Source: an uncultured Gemmatimonadales bacterium (lineage in GTDB: Bacteria > Gemmatimonadota > Gemmatimonadetes > Longimicrobiales > RSA9). Taken from it: a DNA stretch of 64,000 bases. Below are positions 51,242 to 60,659 of this stretch, piece after piece. Each line of letters begins with the position of its first letter. The stretch's first letter is position 1. The stretch covers positions 2,784,001 to 2,848,000 of the forward strand of contig OY970192.1 in assembly GCA_963708135.1 (NCBI GenBank), read 5' to 3'. The notes below the pieces were generated by a model. It was not told where the DNA came from, made no database searches, and saw nothing but the letters and a program-made list of their open reading frames with translations. Both the position numbers and the translations under genes were made by a program.

Positions 51242-53893
51242 TCACCGCCGCCCTGCCTCCTCGACACGCGCCTGCCAGCCCTGAAGCAGCGTCAGCCTGC
51301 GCAACGACAGCTCCGGCGGGAGCTGCACGAGCAGGCGGGCGCCATCCGGCGCGACGGCGAAGCGCGTCGGCTGGAACGGGTCGGTGAGGAAGGGCGACGG
51401 CTGCACCACCGAATCGGCAAGGAGGCGCATCTCCCCGATCACCGGGCTGGGGCCGAGCTGCACGCTCACCGCGCGCATCCGGCCGTCGCCGCCGATGAAG
51501 AACAGCTCGCGCCCGTCGCCCCGCCACTGCGGGCTCCCGCCGCCGTCCTTCGAGACACGCACCGGCGCCATGCCGCCGGCGGCGGGGCCGAGGTACACCT
51601 CGCGGCGTCCACTCGGGTCGGATTCCCACGCGATCCACCGTCCGTCCGGCGAGACACGCGCGTCGAGGACGTTGCCTGGCCCGGTCTGCAGGCGCTCACG
51701 GCGCCCGGTCTGCAGCCAGACGCGCCAGAGCTCCCACTGCGGGCGCCCCACGTCCGGCTCCAGCACGTAGTAGATCGCGCCGTCGGCCGACCAGTCCACG
51801 GGGTCGGTCCACTTGTTCCCGCTGAGCGGGATCGAGCGTTCCGGCGCGCTGCCGTCCACCGTCACCACCAGCACGCCCGGCCCGTTCACGACAGCGACAC
51901 GGGTACCGTCGGGGGACCACACAGGCGCGGAGGGGAAAGGTGCTGCCGTGGGGACGCGCACCGCCACATCGCGCACTGGATCGTACACCCAGAGGCCGTC
52001 CCCGCCGAAGGCGACGCGCCGCCCGTCCGGCGCGATGCGGAACGTCCACGTCGGGCCGGCGCCGAGCACCGGCGTGCGCCGCCCGGTGGCGCGGTCGATC
52101 CAGAAGATGCGGGCGTGTCCGGCGGCGCCAGACAGCGGCTCCCGCGCGAGGAGCAGGTCGCCGGCCGCCGTCACGACGGCGGCCTGGTCCGGCCGCTCGA
52201 CGGTCGCGAGCGCCACCGGCGTGCCGAGCAGCGCGAGGCGCGAGGGGTCGAAGCGCTGCGCCATGAGTGGCGCGGGGGCGCCGAGCACCGCCTGCTCGCT
52301 TCCCTGGAAGAAGAGCAGGTAGCCGGGGGCGACGTAGCGCGGGCTGGTGACGTTCCGGGCGAGGGCGCGCGTGGCGCCGGTCCGAAGATCGCCGAGCCAT
52401 AGGGTCCCGGTGCCGTCGCCGGAGCGCCAGAAGAGGAAGTGATGGCCGTCGGGGAGGAAGGACGGCTCGCGATCGCCGAGACTCCCGGGGTCGCGGCTCG
52501 TCGCCGGGCGCGGCGTGCCGCCGGCGGCCGGCACGCGCATGAAGCGGCCAAAGACCGGCGAGTACAGGATCGTGCCGCCCGGGGCCCACGCGCCGCCCGC
52601 CGGGTTCGGCGCGGGCGCAAGCCGCTGCACGCCGCCGCCGGCCACCGGCGCAACCCGTAGCCACCCGGCGCTGAAGAACGCGACCGCCGAGCCGTCCGGC
52701 GCCCAGAAGGGCTGCACGGCACCCTCGGTCCCCTCGAGGGGGCGCGCCGTGCCGTCGCTCATGCGGCGCAGCCAGATCCGGCCCCCGTCCGCAGCGACGC
52801 TGCTCACGAAGGCGAGCTGCCGGCCGTCCGGCGACAGCGCGATGTAGTGCAGCTCCAATGGCGCTTCCGCCGGCGCGCCCAGAGTCGCCGAGAGCGGCGG
52901 CGCGGTCGCCGGGCGCCCGCGCCGCACGAGGAAGGAGCCGGCAAAAGTCAGGGCGAGGAGCGTCGCCACCCCACCGGCGGCAAGGGCACGGCGGCGCCAG
53001 ACCGCAGCGGCGGCCGCCCCGCGCGCCGCCGGCCTCGCCGCACGGCCCGGGACCCCGGCGCCGCTCGGGTCGCTCAGCGCGACCGCGAAGGCGCGCGCAT
53101 CCGCGAACCGGTCCGCCGGCAGCTTCTCGAGCGCCGTCGCCACCGCCGCCGCCACGTGCTCGGGCACGCTCCGGCGTCGCGCCACCAGCGACCTGGGCTC
53201 CGCCGTGAGCACCTGCGCCACGACCGCCTGCGCCGTCGGCCCCGTGAACGGCGGCTCGCCCGCCAGCATCTCGTACGTCACCGCACCGAGCGCGTAGATG
53301 TCCGCGCGCGCATCGACGTTCCGCTCGCCCATGGCCTGCTCCGGCGCCATGTACTGCGGCGTGCCGAGGGAGAGCCCGGTCTGCGTCATGCGCTGGCCGC
53401 CGGCCTGCTCGACGGCGAGGGCAATGCCGAAATCGGCGACGAGCGCGTGGCCATTCTGGAGGAGGATGTTCTCGGGCTTGACATCGCGGTGGATCACGCC
53501 GCGCTCGTGCGCGTACGCGAGCGCGTCCGCCGCCTCGGTCGCGATCCGCACCGCATCCCCGACCGGCAGCTGGCGCTCCCGCTCCAGCCGGGCGCGCAGC
53601 GTCTCGCCTTCGACGAACGGCATCACGTAGAAGAGCAGCCCGCCCGCCTCGCCCGAGTCGAACAGCGGGAGGATGTGCGGGTGCTGCAGGCTCGCGGTGA
53701 GCTCGATCTCCTTGAGGAAGCGCTCGGGGCCGAGGATCGCCGAGAGCTCGGGGTGCAGCACCTTGATCGCCACCTTCCGGTGGTGCCGCAGGTCCTCGGC
53801 CAGATACACCGTCGCCATGCCGCCGGCGCCGAGCTCGCGCTCGATCGCGTAGCGGCCCGCGAGGGCCGCGGTGAGGCTCGCGGAATCAGCCAT
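51242..53893 (-). CDS. Hanks-type Ser/Thr kinase, TM, PD40 beta-propeller sensor (paralog)
   Basis: Same catalytic motifs; kinase domain nearly identical to the neighbour. Confidence 0.93.
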   Translation of the reverse strand: MADSASLTAALAGRYAIERELGAGGMATVYLAEDLRHHRKVAIKVLHPELSAILGPERFLKEIELTASLQHPHILPLFDSGEAGGLLFYVMPFVEGETLRARLERERQLPVGDAVRIATEAADALAYAHERGVIHRDVKPENILLQNGHALVADFGIALAVEQAGGQRMTQTGLSLGTPQYMAPEQAMGERNVDARADIYALGAVTYEMLAGEPPFTGPTAQAVVAQVLTAEPRSLVARRRSVPEHVAAAVATALEKLPADRFADARAFAVALSDPSGAGVPGRAARPAARGAAAAAVWRRRALAAGGVATLLALTFAGSFLVRRGRPATAPPLSATLGAPAEAPLELHYIALSPDGRQLAFVSSVAADGGRIWLRRMSDGTARPLEGTEGAVQPFWAPDGSAVAFFSAGWLRVAPVAGGGVQRLAPAPNPAGGAWAPGGTILYSPVFGRFMRVPAAGGTPRPATSRDPGSLGDREPSFLPDGHHFLFWRSGDGTGTLWLGDLRTGATRALARNVTSPRYVAPGYLLFFQGSEQAVLGAPAPLMAQRFDPSRLALLGTPVALATVERPDQAAVVTAAGDLLLAREPLSGAAGHARIFWIDRATGRRTPVLGAGPTWTFRIAPDGRRVAFGGDGLWVYDPVRDVAVRVPTAAPFPSAPVWSPDGTRVAVVNGPGVLVVTVDGSAPERSIPLSGNKWTDPVDWSADGAIYYVLEPDVGRPQWELWRVWLQTGRRERLQTGPGNVLDARVSPDGRWIAWESDPSGRREVYLGPAAGGMAPVRVSKDGGGSPQWRGDGRELFFIGGDGRMRAVSVQLGPSPVIGEMRLLADSVVQPSPFLTDPFQPTRFAVAPDGARLLVQLPPELSLRRLTLLQGWQARVEEAGRR

Positions 53894-54234
53894 CCGCGTC
53901 CGTCAGGGCGCAGAGCCGCCTCGGCGGGCGAGCGAGTGGCAGGGCCATCGCTCCTCCATCAGGTAGCTGCAAGAAAGGGGTGCCGCGGGTTTCGGCCGGA
54001 GCAGGGAGTCGGGACAATCATAGAAGCCGCCCCCCCGGCGGGTCAACGTCCACCCGCCCCGCCGCTCCGGCCCCGGCGTCGCTACCTGCGCGGGCCGAGG
54101 CGCTCGAGCCGCACGGTCTGGAGCACCCGCGCCAGCCGGTCCGCGCTGGTGGAATCGGCGCGGATGGCGCGGACGACCACCCAGAGGCCGGGCGCGGCCT
54201 CGATCCGGAGCAGCGCCGCGCTGGCGTGGTCGTC

Positions 54235-54489
54235 TCACGTCCGGAGCACCCAGGCCAGCAGGCCGAAGCCAGCCGCCAGCGCGAGCGCCTCGAGGCCGAG
54301 ATACAGCACGGCGCTGACCGCCGGCTGGACCCGCGGCGGCAGGTAGCAGACGGCACCGCTGCCGATCTCCTGCGCCGCGGCAGCGGCCACCAGCAACGCG
54401 ATGGCCACGACGCCGAGGATCCAGCGCCTGAGCCGGCGTCGTTCCCGGGCGGGCGCGGAGGGGTCGATGGACGGGAGAACGTGTGTCAT
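54235..54489 (-). CDS. Hypothetical 2-TM membrane protein
   Basis: GGAG RBS; two hydrophobic segments. Confidence 0.5.
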   Translation of the reverse strand: MTHVLPSIDPSAPARERRRLRRWILGVVAIALLVAAAAAQEIGSGAVCYLPPRVQPAVSAVLYLGLEALALAAGFGLLAWVLRT

Positions 54490-54641
54490 GCTCCGCCCCC
54501 CAAAATCGCTGGCGCCGCGATCGGTGCCCGAACGGCCGCAGCGGCGGCGGGCCGGGCGGCCACGGCGGGCATCGTCGCCAGGAAGAACGCGGCCACCCTG
54601 CGCCCGGAGCCGGGCTCGATGGAAAGCTCGAGGGCCGGCAT

Positions 54642-54833
54642 TCAGCCCACCCGGCCGTCCTCGTCGAGGTCCACGCCCACGTGCTTCTCCAGCCGGCCCA
54701 CGATCTCGTGGAGCAGCGCGGTCAGGTGGTCCACCTGATTCTCGAGATGCTCGAGCCGCGCCTCGATCGTCGCCGAGCGCTCACCCTGCCGCGAGATCTG
54801 CGTCTGCTGGTAGAGATCCCAGAACAGTCCCAT
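54642..54833 (-). CDS. Small coiled-coil protein with C-terminal DxDxDG
   Basis: AGGAG RBS; MGLFWDLYQQ..IEARLEHLENQV..DLDEDG. Confidence 0.7.
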   Translation of the reverse strand: MGLFWDLYQQTQISRQGERSATIEARLEHLENQVDHLTALLHEIVGRLEKHVGVDLDEDGRVG

Positions 54834-54901
54834 GCGTGGGCTCCTGGTTGGGGGAGGTCCAGCGGTCCATGATTCGCCCTCCCGAGGGGCGGCGCGCCGG
54901 C

Positions 54902-55132
54902 TCACGCCTCTGCCGTGCGCTTCCCTTTCCGGCCGGGCTTCGGCGCGGGTTCCGCCTCCGCCTCGGCCTCCGCCTCCGGCTCCGCCCTGGTGCCTGCCGC
55001 GTCCGCCGCCGGCTCCGCGCCGGCAACCGCCGCTGCGGCTGCCGCCCGGTGGGCCCGCTCGGCCGCCCGCGCACGCTGCGCGGCCTTCCGTTTGGCCGCT
55101 GCCCGCTGGAACGTCTGCTTCCTCTTCGCCAT
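54902..55132 (-). CDS. Small low-complexity basic/acidic protein
   Basis: GGAG RBS; starts 12 nt after the serine hydrolase stop. Confidence 0.5.
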   Translation of the reverse strand: MAKRKQTFQRAAAKRKAAQRARAAERAHRAAAAAAVAGAEPAADAAGTRAEPEAEAEAEAEPAPKPGRKGKRTAEA

Positions 55133-55144
55133 GACGGTCTCCGA

Positions 55145-56656
55145 TCAATGAGAGTTGGAACCGCTCGTTGCGTCCTGCGCCTTCTTCGCCCGCACCCCGA
55201 AGGTCCGCGCCGCCACGACGTTCCCGGACGCATCGCGCTCGAACGTGATCTCCTGGCCCGAGTCGAGACCCACGAACCTGTCGGCGGCCGTGGGCGCGAG
55301 CGGCTGCTCCTGCCCCTGGAGCGAGAGCACGAGGTGGTCGCCGTCGCGACGGACCTCCGCCTTCGGGCCGCCGGCGTCGGGAATCTCGTACGTTCCGGCG
55401 AAGGCGTCGAGGGCGTCCGGCGCGATCGCGACGACGTGCACGACGCGCGGCCGGATGCCCGGCCAGCCGTAGACGCGCGCTGCGGCGCGCACGATCTCGC
55501 CCGCCAGCGCGCCGCCGGCGTCGCTGTTGGTGAAGACGACGACGCCCTCGCCCCGATGCACGTAGGCGACGAAGTGGCTGCGGAAGCCCTCGTTCGCGCC
55601 GCCGTGCTCGAAGACGAGCGAGTCGGCGGCGCCTTCGACCTGCGGCCCGAGCCCCCAGCCGCCCAGGCCGGGCGTGAGCATGGTGTCCACCATGGCACGC
55701 GAGAGCACCGGCGAGCGCTCGCCGCGCGCCGTCGCCTGGATGCCCATGACGTAGCGCGCGTAGTCGGAGGCGTTGGTCCACAGCCCGGCCGCGGCCATCT
55801 CGGGATACGTGTGGTACATCCCCTTCACCGGATTCCCGTTCGCGCGGTAGCCCGTGGCGGCGAGCGGCCGCTTCGCCGCGGGGAGCGGCTGCTCGTAGGT
55901 GCTCTCGCTCATTCCGAGCGGATCCAGCACCTCGCGCCGCATGATGTCGGGGAACGGTCGGCCGTAGCGCTCCGTCACGAGCAGCTGCATGACCGTGTAG
56001 CCGCCGCCGGAGTAGCGCCACTTGGTGCCCGGCTGGATGTCCGCCACGACGGGCGCCGAGTTGGCCGGCTTCGCGCCCTCGAGCACCTGCACGACCGTGG
56101 GCACCGGCTCGCCCGCGGCGTAGCCGGCAAAGCCGTGGACCGTGAGTCCGGCCGTGTGCGTGAGCAGCTCGCGCAGCGTGACGGGCTGCTTCCGGGTGAA
56201 GGAGTCGACCGGCACCTTCCACCCGGTGAGCACCCGGTTCACGTCCTCGTCCAGCGAGAGCTTGCCACGCTGCACGAGCTTCAGCGCCGCGAGCGCCGCC
56301 ACCGGCTTGCTCATGGACGCGGCCTGGAAGAGGGTGTGCACCGTCACCTTCCTCCCCGAGGCGACGTCGGCCAGCCCGTACCCGCCGGCCCAATCGATCT
56401 TCCCGTCGTGGATCACGGCTACGCTCACGCCGGGCACGCCGTAATGCTCCATTCGCTCGGCGAGGGTGTAGCCGGGCGCGCCCCCGCTCTCGATCTCGAC
56501 GGCGCGCAGGAGCGAGCGCTCGACGGCAGCCTTGCGCTCCAGCGGCGTGGCGGGGAGCTGGGCGCGGAGGGGCGCGAGCGGCCCAATCGCGCCGAGCAGG
56601 GCGGACACGCCGAGCAGGGCGGCGGCGCGCGAGGGGGTGCGGCGGAGGCGTCGCAT
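55145..56656 (-). CDS. Serine hydrolase (class C beta-lactamase-like) with DUF3471-like C-terminus
   Basis: Signal peptide; FQAASMSK (SxxK), LLTHTAG, YSGGG, HGG. Confidence 0.9.
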   Translation of the reverse strand: MRRLRRTPSRAAALLGVSALLGAIGPLAPLRAQLPATPLERKAAVERSLLRAVEIESGGAPGYTLAERMEHYGVPGVSVAVIHDGKIDWAGGYGLADVASGRKVTVHTLFQAASMSKPVAALAALKLVQRGKLSLDEDVNRVLTGWKVPVDSFTRKQPVTLRELLTHTAGLTVHGFAGYAAGEPVPTVVQVLEGAKPANSAPVVADIQPGTKWRYSGGGYTVMQLLVTERYGRPFPDIMRREVLDPLGMSESTYEQPLPAAKRPLAATGYRANGNPVKGMYHTYPEMAAAGLWTNASDYARYVMGIQATARGERSPVLSRAMVDTMLTPGLGGWGLGPQVEGAADSLVFEHGGANEGFRSHFVAYVHRGEGVVVFTNSDAGGALAGEIVRAAARVYGWPGIRPRVVHVVAIAPDALDAFAGTYEIPDAGGPKAEVRRDGDHLVLSLQGQEQPLAPTAADRFVGLDSGQEITFERDASGNVVAARTFGVRAKKAQDATSGSNSH

Positions 56657-56809
56657 GGAGGCTCCGGGCTGAGTCGTCAGGGAGTGGACGGATCGGCGCC
56701 CTCGCGCCGGTCCGCGTTGACTATCGTGAAGTGCGCCACCTCGCCGCGGTGGCGGGCACGGGGAAAGCGCCGGGGCCGGCGGCTGAGCCACACCCATCCT
56801 CCGCTTTGC

Positions 56810-56977
56810 TCATGGACGTTTCAGGAATCTGAAGTAGAAGGCCGCGAACACCAGGACGATTCCTGCGTTCACCGTCAGCCGTTCCCAGAACCGGTTCTTG
56901 AAGAACAACAAATCGACCGCGACGATCACGGCTGCCATCAAGACTATGTAGATCGCGGTAGCTTTCTGGCTTGCCAT
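56810..56977 (-). CDS. Small 2-TM membrane protein (55 aa)
   Basis: VDLLFFKNRFWERLTVNAGIVLVF; lower GC. Confidence 0.65.
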   Translation of the reverse strand: MASQKATAIYIVLMAAVIVAVDLLFFKNRFWERLTVNAGIVLVFAAFYFRFLKRP

Positions 56978-57080
56978 TCCAGTGCCTTTGACTGTTCGGC
57001 CCCTCGATCGGGGACTCCAGGAGTGTTCAGAGGGAGATCTGGCAGACGAACCCGGATACCCGCAGCGCATTATCACACGA

Positions 57081-57518
57081 CTAGTCTTGAGCGGGCATTG
57101 CCGGGTTGAAGATGATCTCCCACAGGTGCCCATCAGGATCCGAGAAGTAGCCTGAGTAGATCCCCCAAGCCCTCTCGCGCGGCGCTTCGGCGACACGAGC
57201 GTCCGCTGCGGTGGCCTGTCGGATGATTTCGTCCACTTCCTTTCGACTCTTCGTCAGGTAGCCCAGGCTGAATTCCACCTGGCTCGGCGGGGTGTCAGGG
57301 GCTCCCGCATCCTTGATGAAATCGCTGCGAGGATAGAGCGCGAGGATCAGACCGCCCTGCAGCTCGAAGAGCGCCAAGGCGCCCGAAGCTCCGCTAACGG
57401 GGTCCGTGTATTCTGTGCCGATGATCTTGCCAGGCAGGCCGAGCCCGTCTCGATAGAACGCCAGAGAGACGTCCAGGTCCCGGACCGCGAGCGTAACCAC
57501 GTTCAGGCGTGGGTCCAT
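57081..57518 (-). CDS. VOC/glyoxalase family protein
   Basis: VTLAVRDL..SLAFYRDGLG, WG.YSGYF.DPDGHLWEI. Confidence 0.9.
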   Translation of the reverse strand: MDPRLNVVTLAVRDLDVSLAFYRDGLGLPGKIIGTEYTDPVSGASGALALFELQGGLILALYPRSDFIKDAGAPDTPPSQVEFSLGYLTKSRKEVDEIIRQATAADARVAEAPRERAWGIYSGYFSDPDGHLWEIIFNPAMPAQD

Positions 57519-57519
57519 C

Positions 57520-58359
57520 TCAACTCCCTGCCGTGGTGGGGGTCGTGAGGGCTGCTTCCTTTGCCACGGTCGGATACCAGTGGTAGAGCAGGACGGCCTT
57601 CACGCCGGCGTTGGCCGCCATCCGACCCACGTCCCTGATGTCGAGGTGCTCCCTGGTCATGTGCGCCTCGAACTCGTTGCGGCGCGCCGGCGACCAGTGA
57701 TTCTTTCGCGCCATGCGATCGACGAACTCACCGATGGCCACGGAGTTCTCCACCTCCGACACGAGCACGTCGGCGCCCCCGGCGAGTCGGGCCACCGCAT
57801 CGCTCGGTCCGGCGTCGCCGGTGAACACGATCGTGCCATGCGGCGTCTCGAACCGGTAGGCGTACGATTTCATGATCGCGCGCGGCATCAGGGCGTAGTG
57901 CGTATTTCCTACCGCAACGACCCTGATCTTGTCGTCCTGGCAGACGACACCCTCGCCGATCTCGTGAACCGCGAACGGGCTCGTTGCCGGCACGCCGCCT
58001 TGTGGGCCACCGGCCTCGGCGGCAAAAACAGCATACGGGATACTCATGTACCGGTACGCCGCGTTAACCAGGGCCTTCGTCTGCGGCGGGCCGTAGATGT
58101 TGATGGTGTGAGCCGCGTCGGCTGCGTCCTTCTGCTGAAAGTCGTTCGCGAGGACATCCGCCAGGCCGAGCGTGTGATCGGCGTGCAGGTGCGTGAAGAA
58201 GATGGTGCCGATCGTCTCCGAGGCAATGCCGGCCTTCAAGAGTCGTCGCGCGGTGCCGATACCGCAGTCGATCAGGTAGCGGCGACCATCGACAATGAGC
58301 AGCGTTGCCGGCTCGGACCGGTCCGCGCGCAGCGGCGGCCCGGCGGCGGTACGTCCCAT
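57520..58359 (-). pseudogene. MBL-fold hydrolase (RNase Z/arylsulfatase-like), probably truncated at both ends
   Basis: LIDCG, THLHADH, FTGD, LLYH; begins at the GTAAGP motif and ends just after the last His. Confidence 0.75.
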
Positions 58360-58489
58360 TCGAACTCGTAGCTCACATCACCAATCTACCGGCTTGACCG
58401 AGATCGGACAAAGCGTGTGCCAGGGGTGCGTGGTGGAAGCGACCGGGGTGCGGCGGACCGAGGACGCTGAGCGGCGCGGCCAGCGCTAT

Positions 58490-58624
58490 GAGCATCATCG
58501 TGAGATCCAGCGAAAACAGCGGGTGTTGCGAAACCCTTTCAGGACGTTGCATCTCGCAAAGGAGGACGTGTTGACCCGCTTTCATGGCGGCGCGCACGTT
58601 TCGGATGATTTGTTCGGCGCGCAT
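58490..58624 (-). pseudogene. C-terminal fragment resembling an O-methyltransferase
   Basis: EQIIRNVRAAMKAGQHVLLCE...LDLTMML. Confidence 0.45.
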
Positions 58625-58734
58625 TATGTCTACGCTCCGTCAAAGCGCGCCGGTCTGCTTCGTGTTCGACTATCCGCGCTCCGGGCAGGCGCTCCGACGT
58701 GACATTCGCCTTCGCGGCCAACATCGGGCCGACA

Positions 58735-58894
58735 TGCCCCATTTCACGGAGCGCTGCAGGCCGGGAAGCGTCTTGGCCGCCGGAGCATCGACGCTTTCCG
58801 CGATGCCGCGCTGCGGCCCGGGCAGGCTGGCGATGTAGGCGAAGACCGGCTTGTCGCCGACCGCAGCCTCCGCGGGCCTTGGCCTGCCGGTCAT
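58735..58894 (-). pseudogene. DUF1801-like protein fragment
   Basis: DKPVFAYIASLP.PQRGIAE..LPGLQRSVKWGM, then homology is lost. Confidence 0.6.
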
Positions 58895-58976
58895 GGCTCC
58901 CGGCAGCGCGGTGGCAGCCCTGCCCTGTGCCGCCGTGCGCTTGGCCGGCTTCCGGCCTGCGGGCCTGGAAGTGTTG

Positions 58977-59537
58977 TTAGCCGCACGCGCGCCGGTAGTG
59001 CATAGCGACTGCGCCGTTGCGGAGCGGCGTCGACGAGATCAGCTCGAGCCATCGCGTGCTGGGTAGCCCGCCCTGGTAAAGGGTCGGGCCGTGCCCGGCA
59101 ATCCTGGGATGGACAAGGAACTGGTACTCGTCGATCAGATCCAGCCGGTCCAGCTCGGTCGCGAGCTTGCCGCTACCGAGGAGCACGCCGGCAGGGGTCG
59201 CATCCTTGAGATTCTGCAGGCTCGTGCGCAAGTCCCCGGCGATATGGTGGCTGTTGGTCCACGGGAAGTCCGTTCGCGTCGACGACACCACGTACTTCGG
59301 CTTGGCCTCCAACTTGACCGCCCACTCGCGCATCGCTGGCGGTGCCTCTTCGTCGCCGCGAGCGACCGCCGGCCAGTAGCCCTCCATCATCTCGTAGGTG
59401 ACGCGGCCCCACAGCATCGCCCCACTCTCATCCATGAGGCGGGTGAAGAAAGCGTGTGTCTCGTCGTCGGCGATTCCCTCCTGGTGGTCGACGCAGCCGT
59501 CCAGGGTTACGTTGAGGCTGAAGGTTAGAAGTCCCAT
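58977..59537 (-). CDS. Dihydrofolate-reductase/RibD C-terminal family protein
   Basis: NVTLDG, GRVTYEMM, KYVVSST, LIDEY..VHP.IAG.G. Confidence 0.88.
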   Translation of the reverse strand: MGLLTFSLNVTLDGCVDHQEGIADDETHAFFTRLMDESGAMLWGRVTYEMMEGYWPAVARGDEEAPPAMREWAVKLEAKPKYVVSSTRTDFPWTNSHHIAGDLRTSLQNLKDATPAGVLLGSGKLATELDRLDLIDEYQFLVHPRIAGHGPTLYQGGLPSTRWLELISSTPLRNGAVAMHYRRACG

Positions 59538-59599
59538 ACGATTTTGCTCCGAGTTCGGCATCCCGCTGGATGGTCGCTTGTCGCCGAGTACCTCGCAGC

Positions 59600-59689
59600 G
59601 GCTAACGGTTTGGCCGTAAGCTGCGCGGCCCGTGTTGTCGGGGTCAAGCCTGCCCACGGTACCGCGTCAGCTTCACGGCCTTCTTACGG
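59600..59689 (-). other. Integron attC site (R'' degenerate)
   Basis: Minus strand ccgtaag-aa-ggccgtGaagctgAcgcgg...ccgcgcagcttacggcc-aaacc-GTTAGCC: imperfect palindrome with two extrahelical bases and a GTT R' box. Confidence 0.75.
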
Positions 59690-59707
59690 CGCGTGATGCT
59701 CGCGCGC

Positions 59708-59867
59708 CGCGAAGCGGACCGGGCGCACGCGCAGCGAGTTCGTCCGCGACGCCCTCCGCCGTCAGCTGGCGATCGCGCAGGTCGAGGATCTTCGCCGCAG
59801 GATCATGCCCTTCGCGGAGGCCCAGGGCTACTTGACCGACGAGGACGTCTTCCGCGACGTTTCGTGA
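59708..59867 (+). pseudogene. CopG/RHH antitoxin, 5'-truncated
   Basis: AKRTGRTRSEFVRDALRRQL..PFAEAQGYLTDEDVFRDVS*. Confidence 0.7.
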
Positions 59868-60055
59868 GGGTCTTCCTCGACACCAACGTCCTGGCCTCCG
59901 CTGTCGCAACTAGGGGCATTTGCGAGGACGTCCTTCAAGTCGCTCTCGCCGAGCATGAGGTCGTCGTCAGCGAACACGTCCTCACCAAGCTGAGCCGTGC
60001 CCTCCAGGATCGCAGCTTCAGAGTCCGGAAGGTGTCGTCAGTATACTCGCGGTAG
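59864..60055 (+). pseudogene. PIN-family toxin, 3'-truncated
   Basis: GTGA overlap; MRVFLDTNVLASA..RG.CEDVL; about half the usual length. Confidence 0.72.
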
Positions 60056-60084
60056 ATCGTCTTCCGGTAGGCGGTCGAGTTCGG

Positions 60085-60447
60085 ATCGAGCGTGCCCCTC
60101 GAGGCGCCCGATTCAGGACGTGGGTGTAGATCATCGTGGTCTTGACGCTTCGGTGCCCGAGCAGCTCCTGCACGGTGCGAATGTCGTAGCCGTCTTCGAG
60201 GAGGTGGCTGGCAAAGGAGTGGCGGAAGGAGTGGCAGGATGCCCTCTTCGCGATGCCGCTACGCCGCACCGCCTGCGTCACTGGGGTTGCACGGCGCTCT
60301 CGTGCAGGTGGTGGCGGCGGCGCTGTCCGGCGCGGCGTCGGTGTAAAGGCGTGTGGCCGGAAAGATCCATTGCCACGCAAGCAGGCGGCCCGCCGCCGGG
60401 GACTTGCGGGCGAGCGCGGCGGGCAGCGCGACCCAGCCGGCGCTCCG
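60085..60447 (-). pseudogene. intI: Integron integrase C-terminal fragment, two frameshifts
   Basis: IntI-specific insert [29 protein letters not shown] plus [40 protein letters not shown]. Confidence 0.9.
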
Positions 60448-60659
60448 CCGGATACTGCCATTCTGCTCCGACGGTGCCAGTGGGCGCGGGGCAGAGACAT
60501 AGCGGCCGGGGGCGACGTGCCGGGGCACCAACCTTTACCGCCCCCCCGCCGCTCCCCGCGCGCACCCCGAACGCGGTCAGCGCCACCACCTTCCCGGCCG
60601 AGTCCAGCCCGGCGCGGCGGACGCCGACCGTCAATCCACCGGGAGGTCCTCGTTCGGGC

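Noticed and set aside
48460..53893. Kinase repeats as a diversity-generating retroelement
   Set aside because: No reverse transcriptase and no adenine-specific template/variable repeat pair.
57515..57575. Hairpin plus GTTGAGA before the VOC gene as attC
   Set aside because: Lacks L boxes and R''; better explained by the RBS/start context.
58970..58983. GGCTAAC at the DHFR-like stop as an attC R'' box
   Set aside because: No matching palindrome or R' box follows; the sequence runs into the DUF1801 fragment.
55145..59537. Beta-lactamase-like, MBL-fold and DHFR-like genes as antibiotic resistance determinants
   Set aside because: The motifs fit broad hydrolase and RibD-C families, not specific resistance enzymes.
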